The position numbers and the translations under genes are program-made. Shown here piece by piece: positions 55,670 to 64,000 of a stretch of DNA of 64,000 nucleotides. Location of the stretch: positions 322,937 through 386,936 of the forward strand of contig JBBDYJ010000025.1 of assembly GCA_040901675.1 (NCBI GenBank), read 5' to 3'. Each line of letters begins with the position of its first letter. Position 1 is the stretch's first letter. This stretch comes from Pirellulales bacterium (GTDB lineage: Bacteria; Planctomycetota; Planctomycetia; Pirellulales; JAICIG01). The notes beneath the pieces were generated by a model. It ran no database searches. It was not told the origin of the DNA and saw only the letters and a program-made list of their open reading frames with translations.

Positions 55670-55886
55670 AGCCGAGCCATGAGGGGAGATTGTCGTCGCA
55701 CCACTTCCGATAGTCGGCCAACGTGTCGAAGGAGCGGTAGTCGGCGTCGTCCAGGACCGGCTTATATGTCTTGATGAAAGCGTATCGCATCCGCGTACTC
55801 AAGGGACGCCGCGCGGCCGCCTCGAATTCCTCGATCCACTCCGCCGGAACGGGGCCGTCGACATGGTTTGGCTGGTCTGTTGTCAT
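55656..55886 (-). CDS. Small hypothetical partner of the nucleotidyltransferase
   Basis: 76 aa, overlaps the next gene; YRSFDTLADYRKWCDDNLP. Confidence 0.65.
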   Translation of the reverse strand: MTTDQPNHVDGPVPAEWIEEFEAAARRPLSTRMRYAFIKTYKPVLDDADYRSFDTLADYRKWCDDNLPSWLGYGRV

Positions 55887-56006
55887 GGTCGCCGATTCGC
55901 AGATTGAGCCCGATCTTTCGACGCGGTAGGGGCAAAACTCTGGGGATCCCCAGATGTCCGCGATTATCGCAAGTTCCAAGTAGCCGGTCAATTTGCGGCA
56001 GGTGGA

Positions 56007-57170
56007 TCACTCCGTGTCCTTGGTGAGCAGCTCGAGGTAGCCATGGTAAGCGTATACGCGATCCCGCTGCTTGCCCGTGATTTCACGGAGGACCCTGGCT
56101 TTGCGCAGCGCTTCGATGGCTTTGGCGGCGGTGGGCTTGGTCGTCTCCAGCAGTTCCATCGCGCGCGGCAGCGTAATGATCGGCTGACTGGGCAGCGCGT
56201 CAAAAAGCCGGACTGCCGGGATCGTCACCCCCGAGAGCCGCAGCAGGACCTGCCGGTCCTTGTTCAGCAGGACGAACAGACGCCCGGCGGTGGAAACTCC
56301 ATCATCGGCCGCTTCTCGGACGCAGTCCAGGAAAAAGGCAGTCCATCCTTCCCAGTCGCCATCGGAGCGCACGGCCGCCAGGCGACGGTAGTACTCCTCC
56401 TGTTGGCGCTTGAATGCCAGGCTGAGGTACAGCAATGGGGATGGGAGCAGGCCCCAACGCTCGATGAGCAAAGCGATCAACAAACGCCCAATCCGTCCGT
56501 TGCCATCGACAAACGGATGGATCGTCTCGAATTGCACGTGAGCCAGGCCGGCCCTTAGCAGAGGATGGAGCGGATCGTTGGAATAAAGCCAGCGTTCCAG
56601 GGCCGACATGGCCTCGGGCACCGCGTCGGGCGGCGGCGGAACGAAGTGCGCGTTGCCGGGCCGAGTGCCGCCGATCCAGTTTTGCGACCGCCGGATTTCC
56701 CCCGGTTGCTTGTCCGCACCGCGCACGCCTCGCATCAGACGCTTGTGGGCCTGGCACAACAACCGCGTGCTCAGGGGCAGCCCCTTGGGACGAGTCATCT
56801 CTCGCCGTGCGTACGACAACGCCTCCACGTAATTGCAGACCTCCTTGACGTCGTCTGGATGGTCGGCCTTCCGCGTGGCTTCGAAAGTCAGAACGTCTCT
56901 CAAAGTGGCTTGGGTTCCCTCGATCTGCGAGGAGATGACCGCCTCCTTTCGGACAAACCCGTACAAGAACCAGTCGGCGCTCGGCACCATGGCACCGGCC
57001 ACCGCCAGGCGGCCCAGGGCGGCCTCAGCCCCTGCCAAGCGGCTGGCCAGGTTTTCGTCGAGCACCAGCGGAGGATCGCGCGGGGGCAGTGGATGTGGGA
57101 TGAAAGCCCGGACCTCTTCGTCCCCGACGGGGGTTTTTTGGTACATGCCCGTCGCACGCGTCATGCTCAA
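56007..57170 (-). CDS. Fic family protein
   Basis: KEAVISSQIEG, HPFVDGNGRIGR Fic motif, C-terminal HTH. Confidence 0.93.
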   Translation of the reverse strand: MSMTRATGMYQKTPVGDEEVRAFIPHPLPPRDPPLVLDENLASRLAGAEAALGRLAVAGAMVPSADWFLYGFVRKEAVISSQIEGTQATLRDVLTFEATRKADHPDDVKEVCNYVEALSYARREMTRPKGLPLSTRLLCQAHKRLMRGVRGADKQPGEIRRSQNWIGGTRPGNAHFVPPPPDAVPEAMSALERWLYSNDPLHPLLRAGLAHVQFETIHPFVDGNGRIGRLLIALLIERWGLLPSPLLYLSLAFKRQQEEYYRRLAAVRSDGDWEGWTAFFLDCVREAADDGVSTAGRLFVLLNKDRQVLLRLSGVTIPAVRLFDALPSQPIITLPRAMELLETTKPTAAKAIEALRKARVLREITGKQRDRVYAYHGYLELLTKDTE

Positions 57171-57346
57171 GGCTCCTTTGCGCGCTCGTGTCGCTGGTAA
57201 AGAAGTCTTTCCCAGCGCGGTCCGCTAGTCAAGCCTACTTTACTAGCCGGTGCCTGACACCCGGTCCCGCAGGGCAGCCGCCTGTCGCCGGCGCTGGAGC
57301 GGCCGAACCTCGGGGAACTGGCGCGCAAGCCTCCCGGCCCAATCTG

Positions 57347-57416
57347 AATATGCGAGCATGCTCATTTTCCAGCTTGACGGGGGCGGCGGCGATCCTAGAA
57401 TATGAGCGTGCTCACA
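57347..57416 (+). promoter_or_regulatory. Promoter flanked by two palindromic operators (likely TetR autoregulation)
   Basis: TTGACG-N16-TAGAAT at 57374-57401, with GAGCATGCTC upstream and TGAGCGTGCTCA just downstream. Confidence 0.65.
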
Positions 57417-57438
57417 ATTGGGGCTGCCGGAGAGTGGT

Positions 57439-58131
57439 ATGCGAGTCTCGGCGGAAACGAAGAACGCCACGCGGAAACGCATCCTGGAAGTGGCCCGCAA
57501 GCAGTTCGCCCAGCGGGGCTTTGAAGCCACCACCACCCGCGACATCGCCCGGGCGGCGGAGATCGCCGCCGGGACACTTTTCAATTACTTCCCTACCAAG
57601 GAGGCCATTGTCGAGTACCTGGTCGGCGATGCCTGTGCGCGGGCGACGGAGGCCTTTGCCGCCGCGGCCGAGGGAGCTTCGCCCGCCGGTGCGCCTTCCA
57701 CATCCTTGCCCGCTGATGCCACCCGCCAAGGCGCCGAGCCTACGTCGCTGGAAGAAGAACTCTTTGCACACGTGGCCGCCATCCTGCGTAAGCTCAAACC
57801 GTACCGCAAATACTTGCCGGCCGTGCTGGAAACGGCGTTTTCGCCCGTGGCAATCGGTCCGTCCGATCGTCAACCGTCGCTGCGCGCCGACCATTTGGAA
57901 ACCGTCAGCCGGATCATTTCCAAACACGGGCACTACGAAGCGCTCTCGCCGGTTGCGCTTCAGTTGTACTGGACGCTCTATACGGGCGTGCTGGCGTTCT
58001 GGGCCAACGACCCATCGCCGCGGCAGGAAGACACGCTGGCGCTCGTCGATGAGTCGCTGGCCATGTTCGTCGTCTGGCTGACAGGGGCGGCAAACCGTTT
58101 CGAAACAGCACCCAAGAGAAAAGAAGGGTAA
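57439..58131 (+). CDS. TetR-family transcriptional regulator
   Basis: RKRILEVA...F...GFEATTTRDIA..AEIAAGTLFNYFPTKE. Confidence 0.92.
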   Translation: MRVSAETKNATRKRILEVARKQFAQRGFEATTTRDIARAAEIAAGTLFNYFPTKEAIVEYLVGDACARATEAFAAAAEGASPAGAPSTSLPADATRQGAEPTSLEEELFAHVAAILRKLKPYRKYLPAVLETAFSPVAIGPSDRQPSLRADHLETVSRIISKHGHYEALSPVALQLYWTLYTGVLAFWANDPSPRQEDTLALVDESLAMFVVWLTGAANRFETAPKRKEG

Positions 58132-58136
58132 ACACC

Positions 58137-59591
58137 ATGCCATCCGTTGCCGAGTTGATCGCTGCTCTGCCGGAGCCGGCTGAAGAGCCGGAAGCCAGGG
58201 AACAAGGGCCGCTGCCGGAGCTACTGGCGGCCTGGTCGTTGCGCCCCGTCCCGGTGGGGTGGTTTCGCCGCCTGCGGATGCTGGGGACGCTGCAGGCCAA
58301 GATCGGCGCCGCCTACCTGTTCCACTGGCTGCGCGGCTGGTTCAACGACGCCGATGAGAACAAGCGGCTGCTGGCCGAAACCCACTGGCGCACGGCCGTG
58401 CGGGTGCTGGATTCGATGAGCTACCTGCGCGGCGCGACGATGAAAGTGGGGCAGACGCTGGCCAACTTTCCGGACATCGTGCCCCGCGAGTTCGTGGAAA
58501 CGCTGGAGCAACTGCATTTCAGCGCGCCCCCGATGCACTGGTCGCTGCTCAAGGAAATGGTGCACAATGAGCTGGGCGACGACCCGGAGAACCTGTTTGC
58601 GTCGTTCGACAAGCGGGCCTTTGCCGCCGCGTCGCTGGGGCAGGTCCATCGCGCGCGGCTCAAGACGGGCGAGGACGTCGCCGTCAAGATCCAGTACCCG
58701 GGCATTGCCCGCACGATCCGCGAGGATTTCCGGACTCTGCTCCTGTTTCTGCTCCCCGCCCGGCTGGGCCGCGACTGGGAAAACACCAAGGAACAATTTG
58801 AAGACCTGCGGCTCCGCCTGGAGCGGGAGACCGATTACGAGCAGGAAGCGGCCATGCTCGAAAAGGTGCGGCCGCTGTTTCGCGAGGACGACGGCATCGT
58901 CGTGCCGCGCGTCTTTCGTGAGCATTCAACAGCCCGCGTGATGACGATGGAGCGGCTGGAGGGGGTGCACCTCGAGGCGTTCCTCGCGACCGGGCCGTCG
59001 CAGGAGCTGCGCAACGCGTTCGCCCGAAAGATGCTGCGCGCCTGGTATCGGATGATGTTCACCGGCCGGCTGCTGAACGGCGACATGCACCCGGGCAATT
59101 TTCTGTTCATGGACGACGGCCGCCTGGGCGTGATCGACTTCGGCTTCATGCTCCAGCTCGACGACACGTTGTGGGAGCTGTTTCGCAAGATGGATCGGCC
59201 GCTCACGACGGGCCGTCGCGACGAGCGGGTGGCGGTGCTCAAGGAGTGGTCCTGGATGGGGGACGACCCGGCGGACCACGACCGGCTGCGGTTGAGCGAG
59301 GAGTTCGCCGACTGGCAATGGCAGGCGCGCTACTGCGGCGGTGAGTTCGACTTCGGCGACGAGGCGGATTTCCGCCGCGGGATCGACTTGTTCCTGGAGA
59401 TGGTTCGCAAGCGCTACTCGCGCAGCCGCCCTTGCACCCCCGTGATTGCCCGCCAGCTTTTCGGCTGGCGTTCGATGCTCTACCGGCTGGGCGCGAAGGT
59501 CGACGTGGCGCCGATCGCCGAGGAAGAAGTCCTCTCCACCGGCTGGGACCGCAGCGAGTATACGGATGGCAAAGGACGACTGGGCACTTGA
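58137..59591 (+). CDS. AarF/ABC1/UbiB kinase family protein
   Basis: MKVGQ, AAASLGQVHRA, VAVKIQYPG, DMHPGNF, IDFG. Confidence 0.92.
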   Translation: MPSVAELIAALPEPAEEPEAREQGPLPELLAAWSLRPVPVGWFRRLRMLGTLQAKIGAAYLFHWLRGWFNDADENKRLLAETHWRTAVRVLDSMSYLRGATMKVGQTLANFPDIVPREFVETLEQLHFSAPPMHWSLLKEMVHNELGDDPENLFASFDKRAFAAASLGQVHRARLKTGEDVAVKIQYPGIARTIREDFRTLLLFLLPARLGRDWENTKEQFEDLRLRLERETDYEQEAAMLEKVRPLFREDDGIVVPRVFREHSTARVMTMERLEGVHLEAFLATGPSQELRNAFARKMLRAWYRMMFTGRLLNGDMHPGNFLFMDDGRLGVIDFGFMLQLDDTLWELFRKMDRPLTTGRRDERVAVLKEWSWMGDDPADHDRLRLSEEFADWQWQARYCGGEFDFGDEADFRRGIDLFLEMVRKRYSRSRPCTPVIARQLFGWRSMLYRLGAKVDVAPIAEEEVLSTGWDRSEYTDGKGRLGT

Positions 59592-59609
59592 GGAGAGAAG
59601 GAAGCGTAG

Positions 59610-60062
59610 ATGGTTCAATTGCTCAAGCGCGAATTCACGGTGGGCGTTCCCTTGCAAAGGGCCTGGGACCACCTCGCCCGTGTCGACCAATGGCCCAAGT
59701 GGGCGCCCCACATCAAGAAGATCGAGCTGCATCCGCTGGGCGAACTGGGACCGCAATCAACCGGTGTCGTGCACCTGGCTAACGGCATCAGGTCGGCATT
59801 CCGCATGACCGAGTTCAACCCGCCCCAGAACTGGAAATGGGTCGGCGCCTTTCTCTGGCTGACGGTGATTTACGATCACCGGTTTGAGCCGGTGGACGAG
59901 GAGAACACCAGGCTTGTCTGGATCGTGCAGGCCGAGGGGTTCGGTGTGAGTTTTTTTGGGCGGCTGTTTGCCAGGATTTACCGCGGCAACTTGGAAAAGG
60001 CAATCCCGCTTTTGATTCGTGAAATGAATGCAAACCCGGCGAGCGTCGGACCCTCGCGCTAA
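59610..60062 (+). CDS. SRPBCC/START-family protein
   Basis: P..RAWDHLARVDQWPKW...YDHRFEP...TRL pattern. Confidence 0.8.
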   Translation: MVQLLKREFTVGVPLQRAWDHLARVDQWPKWAPHIKKIELHPLGELGPQSTGVVHLANGIRSAFRMTEFNPPQNWKWVGAFLWLTVIYDHRFEPVDEENTRLVWIVQAEGFGVSFFGRLFARIYRGNLEKAIPLLIREMNANPASVGPSR

Positions 60063-60570
60063 GAAACAAGCGGCCGGTGAGCACTTACCGCTGGGCGGCT
60101 TGGACCTGCCAAGCCGGGCGGACGACGGCGAGGAGCTCGCGGCGCTCGACAGCCTGTTTGCCTCGGATTGCGGCTGGCCGACTGATGCGTCGTTCCGGCC
60201 GGGCGGGACTTTGAAAGCCCATCGAGCGCGAAGTCCCCGCTCGGCAAGCGGAGGGTGGGGGTGCCCGGGCGGCCGTCCCAGGCTGCTTGCGCGCTGCGTG
60301 CGCCCTGGTAGCCAGCCATCTGGCACACAAGCCGAGAACGGCGCCAATGCCTTGCGCTTTGGGAGGTTTATTCCAGAGCGGGACGGCTTTTTTGACGGGA
60401 AAAACCGCCGCCCAGTATTTGAACAGCCCGTGACCGAGAGCAGCCGGAGCTACGCTTCCCTGCGTGACGAAGTGCCGGACGCGGACTCCGGCTTCGTTGG
60501 ATCCTGGTCATTTCAACTCATGCCCTCGGCGGTTGTCCGCACCCGGCGCGCCCGCTGCGCGCAACGCGGC

Positions 60571-61463
60571 ATGCAAGTGCGGAGGCGAATCGTGGAAATC
60601 AAGCTACTCAAGGCGTTGGGCGGAGTGGCGCTGCTCGTGGTATTTGTGTTCTTCAGCCTGTTTCCGCAGCTTAAGCCAGACTGGATCCACCTGGGCCGAG
60701 AGCGCGGGGCGCCAACGGCGGTCGGAGACGAAGCGTCGGTGCTGGATCCGAAATCCGCCGCAGCCTGTTTCGAGCGGAGCGCGAAGCACATAGCTGAGGA
60801 AAAGTGGGACCGGGCGATTACGGAATTGAATGAGGTCTTGCGACTGGAGCCCGACCACGTCGACGCCCGCTATCTGCGCGGCATCGCCTGGCATGGCCAG
60901 CGGCAATTCGATAAAGCCATCGCCGACCTCGACGCCGTCCTGCGTGTGCGCCCCCAGGAAGTTGACGCCCTCTACATCCGCGGCGAGGCCCGGGCGGAGC
61001 TCGGCCAAATCACGTCTGCGCTGGCCGATCTCGACGCGGCCATACGCCTGGTGCCGGACTATGCCGCGGCGCACTGCTATCGTGGAAAGCTGCGCGAGGA
61101 GGCGCGCGATTACCGCGGGGCGCTAGCCGACTATCAGCAGGCCACCCGCTTGGATCCGGACGATCCGTGGGCGCTCAACAATTTGGCGTGGGTCTTGGCT
61201 GCCGCACCGGAGGCTGAGCTCCGCAACGGCTCGTTGGTTTGAAGTCGGCGATGCGGGCGGTCGAAAACGATGGGGGACAGCAGTGGGAGACTCTGGATAC
61301 GCTGGCCGCCGCCTGCGCGGAAAGCGGCGACTTCGGCGCCGCCCAGCGGTGCGAAACGGAAGCTCTCCGTCTCGCGCCGCCGGAAGGACAAGGCGAGCTG
61401 CAGGACCGCTTGGAGTTGTACCGTAAGCAGCAACCCTATCGGCTGCCAGCACAAGACCGATAA
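60571..61463 (+). pseudogene. Membrane-anchored TPR protein split by a frameshift at ~61238
   Basis: TPR repeats to ...NNLAWVLA...LRNGSLV*; the expected continuation (A.RAVE...LDTLAAACAESGDF..A) is in the next frame at 61239-61463. Confidence 0.7.
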
Positions 61464-61579
61464 CGATCGGTCGCTTCGTGGAACACAAACCAGGAAAAAC
61501 GCGTTCGCTCCTTCGCGGCCGCCATCGACGCACGCCACCGCCGGCGACGGCAGGGCAATCGAGAACGTCGCGCGCCGCA

Positions 61580-62272
61580 TCAGGCTGCTTGCACGCTGGG
61601 CGCCCTGGCGGCCATCCACCTGGCAAACAAGCCGAGGACGACGCCGAAGACAATGTGCGCCGACATCGTGACGATGACGAACTTGACCGTCAGATGAATG
61701 CCGAAGTAGCCAGTGTAGGGCGTGAAGAGCATCGCCAGCTCCAGCACGACGGCGAAGGCCACCGCCCACAGCCAGCTCCGCCTGACGGCATCGCCAACCA
61801 GGGCCATGTACATCACGCCAAACGTGATGCCGTTGGAGAAGTGGTACGTCCAGCCGAGCAGGTGCGCCGCCAGGGAGAACTGCGAGTCGGTCTGGGCTGC
61901 GTCGAAAGGCTCTCCCAGGATCATCGCCCCGAACCGTGGGAAGACCTTGAACAAGGGCAGGCGAAGCCAGTCCGGCCCCACCTCGTCGATGGCCGCCACG
62001 ACAAAGGGGACTCGGAACAGGTCGTACGCGCAGGCCGCGGCGAAGCCGGCCACGCCACCGATCAGCACCGCCTGCCACAGCTCTCGCTGGCCTTTGATCC
62101 GGTCCGCGACGGCGACTGCGATCAGCGCGGCCGTGGCCGGCAGCAGGATGGCGACCGTGAACCAACGCATTGAACAGAGCCCGTAGAACTCGGCGAGCAA
62201 GCACCAGATCGACATGGCCGCGAGAAAGAAGACGAGGGAACGGCCCGGCAGCGACCAGCGAAGCAGCGGCAT
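61580..62272 (-). CDS. Hypothetical integral membrane protein
   Basis: Several hydrophobic helices; AYDLFR.PF and GWTYHFSNG.TFG motifs. Confidence 0.75.
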   Translation of the reverse strand: MPLLRWSLPGRSLVFFLAAMSIWCLLAEFYGLCSMRWFTVAILLPATAALIAVAVADRIKGQRELWQAVLIGGVAGFAAACAYDLFRVPFVVAAIDEVGPDWLRLPLFKVFPRFGAMILGEPFDAAQTDSQFSLAAHLLGWTYHFSNGITFGVMYMALVGDAVRRSWLWAVAFAVVLELAMLFTPYTGYFGIHLTVKFVIVTMSAHIVFGVVLGLFARWMAARAPSVQAA

Positions 62273-62589
62273 GGTTGAACTCCCGAAGCGGCCTGCTGCG
62301 TGCGCGAGGTCGGGCGCAGTAGGCTCAAGCGGTTCCGAAATCAAGCGACCTGTTAAGTTTATTAGGCCTGCCGCCGCCAAGCAAGTCGCAGAAGGCGCGT
62401 GCATGTCCGGCGCGGAGTGTTAAAAACCGACGAGTCCTCGGCCCAGCGAAAGGCGGGCGGGACAGGACCGATAAGGGGTGTTCCAGGTCGGGACCCCAGC
62501 TTACAACAAAGGTGAGTCAGGACGCACCCAACGTCACTGGACCTTGAAGAACCCGGATCAGGCGTCCGGCCGGGACGTCTTCATGGAGC

Positions 62590-63948
62590 ATGAGCATGTC
62601 GGAAGACGAACCCCGGACGCAACCAGCCCTCTCCTCGTCAACCGCGCTCAAGCGCGGGATCAGCCCGATCCTGCTGCTGTTGTTTGTCGTGGGCGACATG
62701 GTGGGGGGCGGCATCTACGCGCTGGTCGGCAAGGTTGCGGGAGTCACCGGGGGCGCCATCTGGTCGGCGTTCCTGCTGGCGCTGGCGCTGGCGCTGTTCA
62801 CCGCCTTCGCCTATGCGGAACTGGTGACGAAGTATCCACGGGCCGGAGGGGCCGCGTTCTACGTCCATCGCGCATTCCGTTCGCCGTTCTTCAGTTTTAT
62901 GGTGGCCTTCGCCGTGGTCATGTCGGGCATCACTTCGGCATCGGCCCTGTCGATCGCCTTTGGCGGCGACTACATGGCCGCGTTCGTCGAACTGCCGACG
63001 ATACCCGTGGCGATCCTGTTCATCCTGATCGTCGCCTGGATCAACCACCGCGGCATCACCGAGTCCGTGACGATCAACGCGGTCTTCACGCTGATCGAGC
63101 TGGCTGGTCTGCTGCTGATCGTGGCGATCGGCGTTGCGGCCGTCATCGGTGGAACGGGCGACCCCTCCAGAGTGATGCAGTTCAAGGAAGGGGTCGACAT
63201 TCCCCTGGCCATCCTGGCCGGCGCCGGTCTGTCGTTCTATGCCCTGATCGGCTTCGAAGACTCGGTCAATGTGGCGGAGGAGACTCAGGATCCCAGCCGC
63301 AGCTTTCCGCGGGCGCTGTTCGGCGGCATCGCGATCGCGGGGGTGATTTACCTGCTGGTGACGGTCCTGACGTCGATGGTGGTCCCGACATCGCAACTGG
63401 TGGAATCGAGCGGGCCGTTGCTGGAAGTCGTCAAGGAGGGGCCGCTCAACGTTCCTCCCAAACTGTTCGCAGTGATTGCACTGTTCGCGCTGTCCAACGG
63501 CGCTCTGATCAACGCGATTATGGCATCGCGCCTGATGTACGGCATGAGCCAGGAAGGGGTCATGCCCTCGATCTTCGCCCGGGTGCATACGCTGCGGCAG
63601 ACGCCTACGGTCGCGATCATCTTCACCACGCTGGTTGCCGCGTGCCTGATCGCGACCGGCGACGTCGCCGATCTCGCCCGGACGACAGTGCTGCTGCTGC
63701 TGACGGCGTTCATCATCGTCAACGTTTCCGTCCTGGTGCTGCGGCGGGACACGGTCGAGCACGAACACTTCCGTACTCCCGTGGTGTTTCCGATCCTCGG
63801 GACGCTCGTCTGCGCGGGGTTGCTCACCCAGCAGGCGGCGGAAGTCTGGTGGCGCGCGGGAGCGCTGCTGGCGCTCGGGGCGCTCTTGTACGGCGTCAAC
63901 GTTCTCGTGAAGCGGCGTCTGGACAACCAAACAAGTGGCACGCCCTGA
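62590..63948 (+). CDS. APC-family amino acid permease
   Basis: GDMVGGGIY, YAEL...YPRAGG, GFEDSVNVAEE, SRLMYGM; about 12 TM helices. Confidence 0.92.
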   Translation: MSMSEDEPRTQPALSSSTALKRGISPILLLLFVVGDMVGGGIYALVGKVAGVTGGAIWSAFLLALALALFTAFAYAELVTKYPRAGGAAFYVHRAFRSPFFSFMVAFAVVMSGITSASALSIAFGGDYMAAFVELPTIPVAILFILIVAWINHRGITESVTINAVFTLIELAGLLLIVAIGVAAVIGGTGDPSRVMQFKEGVDIPLAILAGAGLSFYALIGFEDSVNVAEETQDPSRSFPRALFGGIAIAGVIYLLVTVLTSMVVPTSQLVESSGPLLEVVKEGPLNVPPKLFAVIALFALSNGALINAIMASRLMYGMSQEGVMPSIFARVHTLRQTPTVAIIFTTLVAACLIATGDVADLARTTVLLLLTAFIIVNVSVLVLRRDTVEHEHFRTPVVFPILGTLVCAGLLTQQAAEVWWRAGALLALGALLYGVNVLVKRRLDNQTSGTP

Positions 63949-64000
63949 CGTAGGTTCCAGCGGAGCAGGCCTCGAAGATAGAACGCGAAAAGGCCGACGT

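Noticed and set aside
61225..61250. TPR gene frameshift as programmed recoding
   Set aside because: No convincing slippery sequence; a single-base loss or sequencing error is simpler.

Overview
High-GC bacterial chromosome segment, most likely a Planctomycete (PVC-type CxxCH haem protein, DUF1570, DUF1501, PQQ-like propeller, and tetrahydromethanopterin-pathway genes). Core genes include ppiC, a FabD-like acyltransferase, pabB-pabA-DUF447-mptG, a class III aminotransferase, dapA, pdxJ, a cobB-like gene, degP and rnc. A lower-GC accessory island of about 17 kb (~16.9-34.2 kb) starts right after a tRNA-Pro(CGG) gene that lacks its D-arm. The island carries: (i) a PatA-type cyanobactin-family subtilisin protease followed by a 94-aa precursor-like ORF with a PatE-like leader and a GIEPS cleavage motif, with no heterocyclase or macrocyclase in the window (best candidate for an undescribed system); (ii) a Lamassu/ABC-three-component defence system directly downstream of and co-oriented with a type I R-M operon, whose hsdM is split by a 342-bp ISL3-like MITE and which has two unknown genes nested between hsdR and hsdM; (iii) a HEPN-like gene and two IS21 left-end stubs. 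Just after the island is a SEC-C gene broken by two TTT-TGA junctions, each restored by a +1 shift. Elsewhere, small accessory cassettes (toxin-antitoxin pairs, orphans) sit between REP and heptamer-repeat tracts, twice with unusually long duplications of flanking sequence and no transposase. An unannotated 25-aa Lys-rich peptide gene with a long rod-like leader lies convergent with rnc. All family calls come from motif recognition by eye; no searches were run.
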